32,000 bases of DNA from Bellilinea caldifistulae (GTDB lineage Bacteria; Chloroflexota; Anaerolineae; Anaerolineales; Anaerolineaceae). The stretch covers positions 1 through 32,000 of the forward strand of contig NZ_LGHJ01000010.1 of the NCBI RefSeq assembly GCF_001306055.1, in the 5' to 3' direction. This document shows, in pieces, positions 18,067 to 26,871 of this stretch. A program made the translations under genes and the position numbers. The stretch's first letter is position 1. Every line of letters starts with the position of its first letter. The notes beneath the pieces were generated by a model that saw only the letters and a list, made by a program, of their open reading frames with translations, ran no database searches and was not told the origin of the DNA.

Positions 18067-18372
18067 AAAACAAACGAACCTGTGTTCGTGGGGACGAACA
18101 ACAGGTCCGTGGTGCCACCCCGGTTAGGCTGCCGGTAAAAAAATTCCCCGGTGATGCACACAGGGGAAAGAAGCCAGCCTCACTCGTTGCGGGTACGGCC
18201 AATTTGGCGATACCCTTTGCCCTGATAACGGTGGCAACTCCGGCTCAGACTACTTGGGGATTAACCCGTTCGCCCTGCAACTCCGAGGTCCATTCATCGC
18301 CGCTGTACGGGCAGGCTCTCACCTGTTCCTGCTCTCTGTACCGCCATTTCGGCGATTACTCGTCCTCTTCAT
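18067..18372 (-). promoter_or_regulatory. T-box riboswitch leader, Trp specifier (UGG)
   Basis: Read on the minus strand. Stem I is GAGG-GAGTAAT(AGUA)-CGCCG...AGAGAG...CAGG-TGAGAG-CCTG...CGGCG-AT-GAA-TGG-A-CCTC. The specifier TGG is the complement of 18290-18292. A CCGTTA (F-box-like) follows, then the T-box GGGGTGGCACCACGG (complement of about 18107-18128). The terminator hairpin ACCTGTTGTTCGT-CCCC-ACGAACACAGGT (18078-18106) is followed by TCGTTTGTTTT. Confidence 0.85.
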
Positions 18373-18397
18373 CGTCTTTTTGGATGTGTTTTGGAAG

Positions 18398-18425
18398 ATT
18401 ATAATGATTTTATGGAGTTTGTCAA
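18398..18425 (-). promoter_or_regulatory. Sigma-70-type promoter for the T-box/trpS-trpB2 transcript
   Basis: On the minus strand, TTGACA (18425..18420), a 16-nt spacer, then TATAAT (18403..18398). The predicted TSS near 18391 lies about 20 nt before Stem I. Confidence 0.65.
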
Positions 18426-18447
18426 GCATGAATTTGGGGGTTATAAT
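18419..18447 (+). promoter_or_regulatory. Sigma-70-type promoter for the pyrophosphatase gene
   Basis: TTGTCA (18419-18424), a 17-nt spacer, then TATAAT (18442-18447). The -35 hexamer overlaps the -35 of the divergent trpS promoter. Confidence 0.6.
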
Positions 18448-18493
18448 TTGGAAGAAAGAAGAAAATAGAATTTTTTATCGCAGGAGTTATCCC

Positions 18494-19105
18494 TTGACAT
18501 TCCCAAATCCTTTTTACCGCTGGCGTCCGCATCCCTGGCATGGGTTGGAGATTGGTCCAAATCCTCCCCAACTGGTTCATGCCTACATCGAAATTACCCC
18601 CTTCGATCTGGTAAAGTACGAGGTTGAGAAAACGACCGGTTATCTGAAAGTGGACAGGCCGCAGCGCAGTTCGTCCCAGCCGCCCACGCTGTATGGTTTT
18701 GTCCCGCGCACATACTGCGGAAAACGAGTCGGTGATCTGACACCCATGGCTGCCCGTGGCGATGGCGATCCGCTGGATATTTGCGTGATCAGCGAACGGC
18801 CGATCACAAAATCCGAAGTCATCCTGACCGTGCGGGTGGTGGGGGGGTTGTTGATGATTGACAACAACGAAGCGGACGACAAGATCATCGCCGTACTTCA
18901 CAATGATAAGTTTTGGGAAAATGCTCAGGATGTGACTGACCTGCCGGATGTGCTGGTGGAACGGCTGCGTCACTATTTCAGCACTTACAAACTGGTGCCC
19001 GGCAAAGAGAGCCAGACCTTCATTCATTCGGTCTATAACGCCGAACACGCCATGAAAGTTATTGAGGCCGCGATTGCCGATTATGATGAAGCCTACGGCA
19101 GTTGA
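18494..19105 (+). CDS. ppa: Family I inorganic pyrophosphatase
   Basis: HPWHGLEIG..., [28 protein letters not shown] and EADDKIIAV are family I PPase motifs. I place the start at TTG 18494, with SD AGGAG 7 nt upstream and downstream of the predicted promoter. The in-frame ATG 18428 and the track start 18254 overlap the promoter and T-box region. Confidence 0.8.
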   Translation: MTFPNPFYRWRPHPWHGLEIGPNPPQLVHAYIEITPFDLVKYEVEKTTGYLKVDRPQRSSSQPPTLYGFVPRTYCGKRVGDLTPMAARGDGDPLDICVISERPITKSEVILTVRVVGGLLMIDNNEADDKIIAVLHNDKFWENAQDVTDLPDVLVERLRHYFSTYKLVPGKESQTFIHSVYNAEHAMKVIEAAIADYDEAYGS

Positions 19106-19109
19106 CCAT

Positions 19110-19610
19110 TCAGGAAAGGGCTTTTTGCCACTCGATTAATCCGCGCAGGTGTTCCTGTTCGTGATCAAGGATGTCGCTGGTGAGGATCATCACCAGCGTA
19201 TTTTTTCCTTTGAGCCACGAGAACAAGGTGGGATTGTTCAATTCGTCGGAGGAGTATTCGTTGATCCTCCGAATGGTTTGATCGCGGATGATTCGGTAAT
19301 CACTCCATACACGTTCAAAAGGGCGATCTTTGAATTGGGCGTACCAGAGTGCGTTTTGTTCATCGGCACTGATCTTTTTGAAATGGACGGTGGACGGTTT
19401 GACTCCCTGGCGGGCCTGAAACAGTAACTTAATGGTTTCCGACTCCCATAATAAAAGATGCGCCAAAACATCCTTGACTGACCAGTAACCACACGCACCG
19501 GCCTGTAAACGCTGCTGCGGAGTAAGCCCTTCCACAAAATTGAGCATGGCTTGATGGCTTTCTTTGAGTGAACGAATTAAGTCCTGTGGATCAATGCGTT
19601 GAATATTCAT
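19110..19610 (-). CDS. DinB/ClbS-like four-helix-bundle superfamily protein
   Basis: YWSVKDVLAHLLLWESE and the C-terminal DILDHEQEHLRGL resemble DinB/ClbS (DUF1706)-type helical bundle proteins. ATG 19610 is preferred (AAGGA 8 nt upstream) over the track start 19655. Confidence 0.5.
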   Translation of the reverse strand: MNIQRIDPQDLIRSLKESHQAMLNFVEGLTPQQRLQAGACGYWSVKDVLAHLLLWESETIKLLFQARQGVKPSTVHFKKISADEQNALWYAQFKDRPFERVWSDYRIIRDQTIRRINEYSSDELNNPTLFSWLKGKNTLVMILTSDILDHEQEHLRGLIEWQKALS

Positions 19611-19701
19611 GCAATCATTCCTTATGGGATTTTCAAGTATTTTCCAGTATAGCATTGATTATCGGTTAAAATCACAGAGAGATTCATGACGGAGGCAGTT
19701 T

Positions 19702-20319
19702 GTGTCCAACTTTCCAATTGACCGCGAAACCTGGCAGAAGGGTCTAACTGTTGAGGAATTTGTGGAGAGCATGACCCAACATCAAGAACCGATGCGGCGA
19801 CGATTAGAGCAGGTGAGGCTTCAACCGCAGGAAATTGCCCAAATTCAGAAACTCGACAGACGCCTTTATCTGGCGGTGATGACGGAGGATTGGTGTTCCG
19901 ACTGCCTGATGGTGCTGCCCATTCTGGTCAAACTGGCGCAGGCATCCGGAAAAATTGAAGTGAAGGTGTTTATCCGGCGGGAATGGCCGGCTTTGCGGTC
20001 TTTTTATCAAAGTCAGGATATCCCCAGTATTCCCGTTGCCACATTTCTGGACGATCAGTTTCAGCCGTTGGTCACCTGGATCGAACGGCCGCGAGCGGCG
20101 CATCATCGGCTGGCGGAGTGGAAACTGGCGCACCCGGAGGTAGAACAAATCCGCCGGCGGGCAGATCTTTCTTCGGAAGAAAAACGGCAACTGCTTAAAG
20201 AGGTGCTCGACCAATTGCTGGTCGAGATGGAAGAGTGGTACGCTGAAGAATTGCAGTCCGAAACCGTGCGGGAGATTTTGGAACTGTTGGGGTTGGAGTC
20301 GGTCGGTAGCGGAATCTGA
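19702..20319 (+). CDS. Thioredoxin-fold protein (CxxC = CSDC)
   Basis: LAVMTEDWCSDCLMVLPIL followed by the IPSIPV (cis-Pro region) pattern of thioredoxin-like proteins. GTG start with SD GGAGG. Confidence 0.55.
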   Translation: MSNFPIDRETWQKGLTVEEFVESMTQHQEPMRRRLEQVRLQPQEIAQIQKLDRRLYLAVMTEDWCSDCLMVLPILVKLAQASGKIEVKVFIRREWPALRSFYQSQDIPSIPVATFLDDQFQPLVTWIERPRAAHHRLAEWKLAHPEVEQIRRRADLSSEEKRQLLKEVLDQLLVEMEEWYAEELQSETVREILELLGLESVGSGI

Positions 20320-20320
20320 T

Positions 20321-21760
20321 TTATTCCTCCAGCCTCACACAGGTATCGTGAAAATAGTCTTGCTCAATGCTCTGCCATGTTTCGGCAGGGTTATTGCGCA
20401 GCAGGGGCGCAAATAAAGGCGTGACGGCTTTGATTTGATCAGCCATGCGCTGGACAGCCCGCCGTAGTGAAAAATGAGCGTTTTCCGCACTACGCAGGGA
20501 AATCAAGTGATCGGCGGAGCGCAGATTCATTTGCAGTAAAACACGGCGGTTGTAGGCATTCGGCACGACGTAGGCAGCCACTTCGTGGTTGAAATTTGCC
20601 AGCCGCCGGTAAGCCCGGTGTGCCATTTGCATGGCCTGCCGGAAGTGGTCTTCCATGCCGGCGAGGACAATCCCGCGCGGAAGTGCATAACCCAGATGGG
20701 TGGAGAGGGGCTGGGCGGTTTGGGTCATCATACGATGGCGTTTCAACTCAAAATAAGCCCCCTGATCGAGGTACAGGTCAAAGATAAACGTTGAAAATTC
20801 CAGTTCGCGCAGGGGGATGGTGTGCTTTTCCAAGCCGCCCAACAGGGTTTCGGCAATCTGGCGGCGAAGGTTGGAATCCGCCGTCTTGACTGTCCGCAAG
20901 CACTGCGCATAGTCAAGGGAAGCAAAGCGGTAAAGTGCCGCTGCGAGGATGTGATCCTCGGCTTCTGTGTCCCAGAAAATCAGGCTGCACCAGTCGGTTG
21001 GTTGTGAAGTTGGGAGGATTTGTTCGGCCAGTCTTTGCAATTGCCGGGAGGTATTTTGCAAGTAGGGGAGGGGGTTGGCGTATTTGACCAGCGTCGGCAC
21101 GCAGGCCTGAGCCACACTTTTGATCTCCTCACCAGCCTGTCGCACTTCGCTGAGCGGGTGACTGAGCATTTTGGAGAGGGTATGTTCAAGGGCGCGAGCG
21201 TTTATTGTAACTCCGACGTTGGCAAGGGCGGCTGCCGGCAGGTAAAAGCGGGCAATATCCACGTATTTTGAACGGATGCGCCGTTCCCAGGCAGTTTCGC
21301 TTTCTCCCTCGCGGGCGGGGTATTGTTGTTGAATCAGGGCGCGGACTTTGGGTAAAGCCTCTTCGTAAGCCTCAAACAATCCCAATACCGTTTCCTGATA
21401 CAGCGACTGCAAGGGATGGTTTTCCAGCTCAGCCGGTAAATGATAATCCTCTTTCGTCCATTTCTGATAACGGGTTGATTTTTCAGTGTAGGATGCCAGC
21501 CGGCACGATTCGAGGCTTTCAACCGCCAGACGGGAGATGTTTTCAACGGCAATGTGCAATACGGCATGTTCGGCAACGGAGGCATGACCATAGCCGACTA
21601 CCCACTTCTCATGGAACTCGGCGCTTTTTTCATCGGTCAACTCGGCGGCGATTTCGATAAAACGTTGGGGTGAGCGGGAAGTTTTGGCAAAAGTAACGGC
21701 GATGGTTTCGGGGGGTAGATTTTTAGGGTCGAGCAGATACACCTGTCGTTTAGGGGGCAT
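20321..21760 (-). CDS. thyX: FAD-dependent thymidylate synthase ThyX, tandem two-domain form
   Basis: Two ThyX-like halves. Half 1 has HASVAEHAVLH, SCRLASYTEKSTRY and INARALEH...LSEVRQAGEEI. Half 2 has ELKRHRMMTQTAQ and MNLRSADHLISLRSAENAHFSLRRAV. ATG 21760 is preferred (SD GGAGGAGG 9 nt upstream) over the track start 21808. It overlaps the ribF 3' end by 11 nt. Confidence 0.8.
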   Translation of the reverse strand: MPPKRQVYLLDPKNLPPETIAVTFAKTSRSPQRFIEIAAELTDEKSAEFHEKWVVGYGHASVAEHAVLHIAVENISRLAVESLESCRLASYTEKSTRYQKWTKEDYHLPAELENHPLQSLYQETVLGLFEAYEEALPKVRALIQQQYPAREGESETAWERRIRSKYVDIARFYLPAAALANVGVTINARALEHTLSKMLSHPLSEVRQAGEEIKSVAQACVPTLVKYANPLPYLQNTSRQLQRLAEQILPTSQPTDWCSLIFWDTEAEDHILAAALYRFASLDYAQCLRTVKTADSNLRRQIAETLLGGLEKHTIPLRELEFSTFIFDLYLDQGAYFELKRHRMMTQTAQPLSTHLGYALPRGIVLAGMEDHFRQAMQMAHRAYRRLANFNHEVAAYVVPNAYNRRVLLQMNLRSADHLISLRSAENAHFSLRRAVQRMADQIKAVTPLFAPLLRNNPAETWQSIEQDYFHDTCVRLEE

Positions 21761-22685
21761 GGGCAAGCACCTCCTCCGCCGTTTTTTTATCTTTGTTGAC
21801 CTGTTCAATCAACGCATCTACGGAAGCAAAGCGAATTTCTGAACGTAAATGCTGAACAAATTCCAATTCAATGGTTTGATCATAAAGATTTTGCTGGAAG
21901 TTGAGTAAATGTGTCTCCAGATGGGGCTGCAGGCTGTGCTGGTCAAAGGTCGGCCGGAATCCGAGATTGGTAACCGAGGGGTAACGCCGATGGGCGACCC
22001 ATGCCCAGGTGGCGTACACACCGCCGGCTGGCAGCAGCTGTTCCTCCCAGAATTTCAGGTTGGCGGTTGGAAAACCCAGTTGTTTACCGCGCCCGTCCCC
22101 ATGAATCACCTTGCCGGTGATGCGGTAATAGCGTCCCAACAGACGGCTTGCCTGGCGTACTTCGCCCTTTTGTAAGTGATCGCGAATCAGGCTGGAGGAA
22201 ATCCGCTCACCTTCCAGGGTAACCGGATCAATCACCTGTAAGCCGAAACCCACTTGTTGGCCGATCTCACGTAGGCGTGAGAGATTGCCTTCTCTGCCTC
22301 GACCGAGGGCGAAATCGGCCCCGGCGAGCAGCTGCCGAATTTTAAAACGGGAGGAAAGCCACTGCATGAATTCCTCAGCGCTGAGGGAGGCCATTTGGAG
22401 GGTGAAGGGCAGCGTAATCACCAGATCTACACCGGATTCTCCCAGCAAGCGGGCGCGTTCCTGCGGTGAGGTCAGGTAGCGGGGTTGGTCAATTTTACCA
22501 AGGACGACGGCCGGGTGGGGGTGAAAAGTAATCACCAGACTGCTGGCCGAATCCCTTTTGGCACCTTCAACGAGTCGGCGCAGGATGGTTTGATGTCCAA
22601 GGTGGACGCCGTCAAACACCCCAATCGTCAACCAGACCGGCGTTGAAGGGGCTTCTTCAATGGAGGAAAGATGCTGCATGTTCAC
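21750..22685 (-). CDS. ribF: Bifunctional riboflavin kinase / FAD synthetase
   Basis: N-terminal GVFDGVHLGHQ (FAD synthetase nucleotidyltransferase motif) and a C-terminal riboflavin kinase region (GDGRGKQLGFPTANL, THLLNF). 311 aa. Confidence 0.9.
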   Translation of the reverse strand: MNMQHLSSIEEAPSTPVWLTIGVFDGVHLGHQTILRRLVEGAKRDSASSLVITFHPHPAVVLGKIDQPRYLTSPQERARLLGESGVDLVITLPFTLQMASLSAEEFMQWLSSRFKIRQLLAGADFALGRGREGNLSRLREIGQQVGFGLQVIDPVTLEGERISSSLIRDHLQKGEVRQASRLLGRYYRITGKVIHGDGRGKQLGFPTANLKFWEEQLLPAGGVYATWAWVAHRRYPSVTNLGFRPTFDQHSLQPHLETHLLNFQQNLYDQTIELEFVQHLRSEIRFASVDALIEQVNKDKKTAEEVLAHAP

Positions 22686-22746
22686 CTGTAGAAGGCTGAA
22701 TAAAGCCGTAGTCGGGCAGACAGGCTGAAATCACCAATCTTCCGGC

Positions 22747-23652
22747 TTATTGGTAGAACACTTTTTTGGGCTGCCATTCGCTGGTTGCCGGGTCAAATTC
22801 CAGCAAAGCGATCAGTTCTCCCTGCTCGCTGATGCCGCGGGCCATCTTCCCGATGCCGGCTTTGCCGGGGATGCGGTGACCATGACGCACAGCGTCCACC
22901 TGTTCGCTGGTCAGTTCCACCGATGGCCAGTCAGAAAGGGCTTCGGCAGCCGGAATGACATATTGATACCAGTTGCCTTGTTCAAAGGCTTCTTTGAGCT
23001 TCCGCAGCGGGACGGCATCCCGCAGGGTAAAGCGCCCGCTTTTTGTGCGCCGCAGGCCGACCAGATGGGCTCCACATCCCAACATCTTGCCCAAATCGTT
23101 TGCCAGCGAGCGGATGTATGTGCCGCTGGAGCAGTACACATCAATCACAGCCTCGGGCGGCGCCCATTCCAGTAGTTCCAGACTGTACACCCTGATCTTG
23201 CGGGGTTGAAGATCTAACTCTTCACCCTCGCGGGCCGCTTCGTAGGCTTTTCGTCCCTTTACTTTTACGGCGGAGTAGGGTGGCGGTACCTGTTCAATTT
23301 CTCCGATGAACGACTGCAAAGCTGCTACAAACTGTTCTTCGGTGATATTGACCGGATTATTGGTTAAAACCTGTCCATCTGCATCGTAAGTATCGGTGGT
23401 GGTACCCAGTTGGATGACCGCTTGATAGCGCTTATCTGAGGCAGAAACGTATTCAGAAAGCCGGACGGCCGGGCCTAACAGGACGACCAGCACGCCGGAG
23501 GCTCGCGGATCCAACGTACCGGTGTGACCTGCCCGCCGAATGCCCGTTCCCCGCCGGATGATCTGAACAATGTCGTGTGAGGTGTAACCAACCGGTTTAT
23601 CCACGACCAGGACGCCTGAGATGGTGTTATTCGGGTTTATGGTATCGTTCAT
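22747..23652 (-). CDS. truB: tRNA pseudouridine(55) synthase
   Basis: VVDKPVGYTSHD and GHTGTLDPRASGVLVV (catalytic Asp motif) plus a PUA-like C-terminus. The track start is TTG 23661; ATG 23652 is preferred. Confidence 0.9.
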   Translation of the reverse strand: MNDTINPNNTISGVLVVDKPVGYTSHDIVQIIRRGTGIRRAGHTGTLDPRASGVLVVLLGPAVRLSEYVSASDKRYQAVIQLGTTTDTYDADGQVLTNNPVNITEEQFVAALQSFIGEIEQVPPPYSAVKVKGRKAYEAAREGEELDLQPRKIRVYSLELLEWAPPEAVIDVYCSSGTYIRSLANDLGKMLGCGAHLVGLRRTKSGRFTLRDAVPLRKLKEAFEQGNWYQYVIPAAEALSDWPSVELTSEQVDAVRHGHRIPGKAGIGKMARGISEQGELIALLEFDPATSEWQPKKVFYQ

Positions 23653-23691
23653 CTTTTGCAAATCCTTGCGAAAAATCTTTCCCCTTGTTCG

Positions 23692-24663
23692 TCAGGAGTT
23701 TGAATTACCGCTCATGAAGTCCTCTGTGGCAGCCAGCACTTTCGCCTGAACCTCCTCCAGACTGCTGTTGATTTCTGCGCCAGCTGCAGCCGGATGACCG
23801 CCACCGCCAAATTGTGCCGCCAGTTTGGAAACATCCCAACCCGGTTGGGCGCGCCACGAAACCTTCACATGATCGTGTTTTTGTTCGTTGAACAGAATGG
23901 CGATGTCACATTCACTGATGCTGGAAAGCAGATTAGCCAGATCAGCGTCATCATTGCCATTATACCCGACTGTGCGCCGGTCTGCCTGAGTTAAGGTTGA
24001 CCAGATGATGCGTCCCTTTTTTTGCAGGGTCGAAAGACCTACTCCCCAGTAGCGGGCTTCTTCGAACGAGCGCTGCACCAGTCCGCGGTAATATAATTCG
24101 GGCAGGTTGGCGCCTTTTTCCATCAAATCGGCGGCAATGCGCAGGGCTTTCGGGTTCATGTTGGAAGTGCGGAAGCCGATGGTGTCGGTGATGATGGCCG
24201 TCAGCAGCGCTTCCGCAACCGGCAGGCTGATTTCTAGCCCTAATTGCGGAAGAATCTCCGCCAGAATGGCGGCCGTTGCAACCGCTTCGGGATCTACCCA
24301 GTTGAGTCGGGCATAACCGGGGTTGGTGATGTGATGATCCACCTGTATATCCGGTTGGTGGGAGTTGAATGCCGCCCCAATTCGTTTGATGTCAGCAGCA
24401 TCCACGACGATGAAGGTGTCGAATTTTCCCTGCGGTGCGCGGACGATGTCCCGGCTGCCCGGTAAATGGAGCATGTTCGGTGGCACGGAATCACTCAACG
24501 CCATAACCACATCTTTCCCGGCCTGACGAAGAGCCAGCCCAAACCCCAGCATCGAGCCGATTGCGTCTCCATCCGGACGGATGTGGGATGTGATCAAAAT
24601 CCGCTGGGCGGACTGGAGTGTCTCGCGCATGGCGATCAGGGTTTGCGGGTCATTCATGATCAT
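23692..24663 (-). CDS. nrnA: DHH/DHHA1 phosphoesterase, NrnA-type oligoribonuclease/pAp phosphatase
   Basis: HIRPDGDAIGS (DHH motifs I/II), VDHH, and the DHHA1 end GGGGHPAAAGA. The start is uncertain (24690, 24663 or 24657); all overlap the rbfA 3' end. Confidence 0.8.
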   Translation of the reverse strand: MIMNDPQTLIAMRETLQSAQRILITSHIRPDGDAIGSMLGFGLALRQAGKDVVMALSDSVPPNMLHLPGSRDIVRAPQGKFDTFIVVDAADIKRIGAAFNSHQPDIQVDHHITNPGYARLNWVDPEAVATAAILAEILPQLGLEISLPVAEALLTAIITDTIGFRTSNMNPKALRIAADLMEKGANLPELYYRGLVQRSFEEARYWGVGLSTLQKKGRIIWSTLTQADRRTVGYNGNDDADLANLLSSISECDIAILFNEQKHDHVKVSWRAQPGWDVSKLAAQFGGGGHPAAAGAEINSSLEEVQAKVLAATEDFMSGNSNS

Positions 24664-25051
24664 TTTCTTCTTCCTCTTGGGAGGATTCACTGGCAGTTGG
24701 GTTTTCGTTGCGCAACGAAGCTAACAGGCGTTCGATGCGGTCGGCGCGTTCCGGGGTGGGATCCCAATGAAAACGCAGGCGCGGAAAGACCCGTAATTCG
24801 ATTTGATCCGCCAGCGTGCGGCGGATGAAACCGGACGCGCTCTGTAATCCGTCGAGGATTTCCTGCGCGCGCTGGCTGCCTTCCACGGCTGAAACGTAAA
24901 TATCGGCGTATGCCAGTTCGCGGTCGACTTTTACATCCGTAACAGTAATACCGCTCAGGCGCGGGTCACGGATTTGACCCATGACCAGCATCTCCGAGAG
25001 GTCTTGCCGAATTCGGTCAGCAATTCGTTGGAGTCGAAGATTGGAGGGCAT
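24650..25051 (-). CDS. rbfA: Ribosome-binding factor A
   Basis: RIADRIRQDLSEML...ITVTDVKVDRELAYADIYVS is typical RbfA. It sits after infB as in the conserved operon. Confidence 0.9.
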   Translation of the reverse strand: MPSNLRLQRIADRIRQDLSEMLVMGQIRDPRLSGITVTDVKVDRELAYADIYVSAVEGSQRAQEILDGLQSASGFIRRTLADQIELRVFPRLRFHWDPTPERADRIERLLASLRNENPTASESSQEEEENDHE

Positions 25052-25086
25052 TGTTTACTTACCTCGTCGGGCTGTTGATTCTAAAA

Positions 25087-26871
25087 TCAACTCCCTTTTT
25101 CAAAAATGTAACATTCAATTTCATCACCGACAGCGATGTCGTTGAAGTTTTTGAAAGCGGCACCGCACTCAAAACCGGCGCGGACTTCACGAACATCCTC
25201 TTTCTCGTGCTTAAGAGAGGCGAATTCACCTTCATAAATGATCGTTCCTTCGCGGCGAAGGCGGACTTTGGCGTTACGCCGAAACTCACCGCTCAACACC
25301 CGGCAGCCAGCCACCACGCCGACTTTGGAAATACGAAAAGTAGCCAGCACCTTACCGTGGCCGATGATCACCTCTTTTACTTCGGGTTCCAGCAAGCCTT
25401 TCATGGCTTTTTCAATGTCTTCGGTAAGGCGGTAGATGATGTCATACAGCCGGATGGAAACACCTTCGCTTTCGGCTAACCGACGCGCAGCGGCATCGGC
25501 CTGCACGTTGAAGCCAACGACAATGGCGTTCGAAGCAGCCGCCAGCATCACATCATTCTCGCTGATATTCCCCGTTTCAGCGTGTAAAATGTTGATGCGG
25601 ATTTCCCCACCTTTGCCCAACTCATTCAAGGAGGAGATAATCGGCTCCAGAGAGCCCTGCACATCGGCTTTGATGATCAGCCGCAATTCGTGATCTTCAC
25701 CGGATTGTACCTTGTTGAAAAGTTCCTCAAGGCTGATTTTGGGGGCAGAAGCCAGGCGTTTCTGCTGCTGTTGAAGGCGTTCTTCCACTACTGTGCGGGC
25801 TTCCCGTTCATTCTCGTAAACAAGGAAAAGCTCACCGGCATCCGGCACATCGTTCAATCCCATAATTTGAACCGGGGTGGAAGGGCCGGCTTTGCGCAAT
25901 TTCCGCCCGCGGAAGTCGAACATGGCGCGGATGCGTCCGTATGCCTTTCCGGCAACGACGATGTCGCCGGTTTCCAGTGTGCCGTTATAGACCAGTAAGG
26001 TTGCCACCACGCCTTTGGCACGATCCACTTTGGCTTCAATCACCGTACCGAACACACGTCCTTCGGGATTGGCTTTGATATCGAGGGTATCTGCCACGAG
26101 GAGGATGGCCTCCAGCAAATCATCAATTCCTTTACGCAACTTGGCCGATACCGGCACTACCATCGTATCGCCATCCCAATCATCCGGCACCAATCCTACT
26201 TCGGCTAATTGTTTTTTTGTAAAATCCGGGTTGGCATCCGGGCGGTCAATCTTATTCATGGCAACGATAATTGGCACACGGGCGGCGCGGGCATGAGCAA
26301 TGGCTTCGCGGGTTTGCGGCATTACACCGTCGTTGGCGGCTACCACCAGGACTACAATATCGGCTCCCTGAGCACCCCGCGAACGCATGGCCGTGAAGGC
26401 CGCATGGCCGGGGGTATCCAAAAAGGTGATCAGGCGGTTTTTGTGTTCAACCTGATAGGCACCAATGTGTTGGGTGATACCACCTGCTTCACCGCCGGCA
26501 ACGTTGGTATCCCGGATGGCATCCAGCAGGGTGGTCTTGCCGTGGTCTACATGACCCAAAATCGTCACAACCGGCGGGCGATCCTGCAGGGCTTCCGGTT
26601 TCTCTTTGGCAATCAATTGCCGCCATAGCGGAATTTCGCCGACTTCTTTTTCTTCAACCTCTTCATAAACTTCCGGCTGAGCCTCATAACCCAATTCGGA
26701 AGCCACCACTGCAGCGGTGTCGAAATCAATTTGCTGGTTAATGTTGGCCATCACCCCGTTGGACATCAAGATTTTGATGACCTGAATGGGGCTGGCCTGC
26801 ATTCGTTGCGCAAGGTCACGAACCGTGATACTGGCTGGCAGTTCGATTGTTTTGGACCCATTATCGCTCAT
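25087..26871 (-). CDS. infB: Translation initiation factor IF-2 (short form, 594 aa)
   Basis: IF2_N ([10 protein letters not shown]...VIKILM), GTPase motifs [14 protein letters not shown] and NKID, and the C-terminal IF-2 domains. Confidence 0.95.
   Translation of the reverse strand: MSDNGSKTIELPASITVRDLAQRMQASPIQVIKILMSNGVMANINQQIDFDTAAVVASELGYEAQPEVYEEVEEKEVGEIPLWRQLIAKEKPEALQDRPPVVTILGHVDHGKTTLLDAIRDTNVAGGEAGGITQHIGAYQVEHKNRLITFLDTPGHAAFTAMRSRGAQGADIVVLVVAANDGVMPQTREAIAHARAARVPIIVAMNKIDRPDANPDFTKKQLAEVGLVPDDWDGDTMVVPVSAKLRKGIDDLLEAILLVADTLDIKANPEGRVFGTVIEAKVDRAKGVVATLLVYNGTLETGDIVVAGKAYGRIRAMFDFRGRKLRKAGPSTPVQIMGLNDVPDAGELFLVYENEREARTVVEERLQQQQKRLASAPKISLEELFNKVQSGEDHELRLIIKADVQGSLEPIISSLNELGKGGEIRINILHAETGNISENDVMLAAASNAIVVGFNVQADAAARRLAESEGVSIRLYDIIYRLTEDIEKAMKGLLEPEVKEVIIGHGKVLATFRISKVGVVAGCRVLSGEFRRNAKVRLRREGTIIYEGEFASLKHEKEDVREVRAGFECGAAFKNFNDIAVGDEIECYIFEKGS

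Noticed and set aside
18254-18493. N-terminal 80 codons of track ORF 18254-19105
   Set aside because: This stretch overlaps the T-box Stem I region and both predicted promoters. The PPase homology starts only near HPWHG. An SD-supported TTG at 18494 fits better.
18422-19048. 208-aa minus-strand ORF
   Set aside because: It is antisense to the pyrophosphatase gene and has no recognisable family signature.
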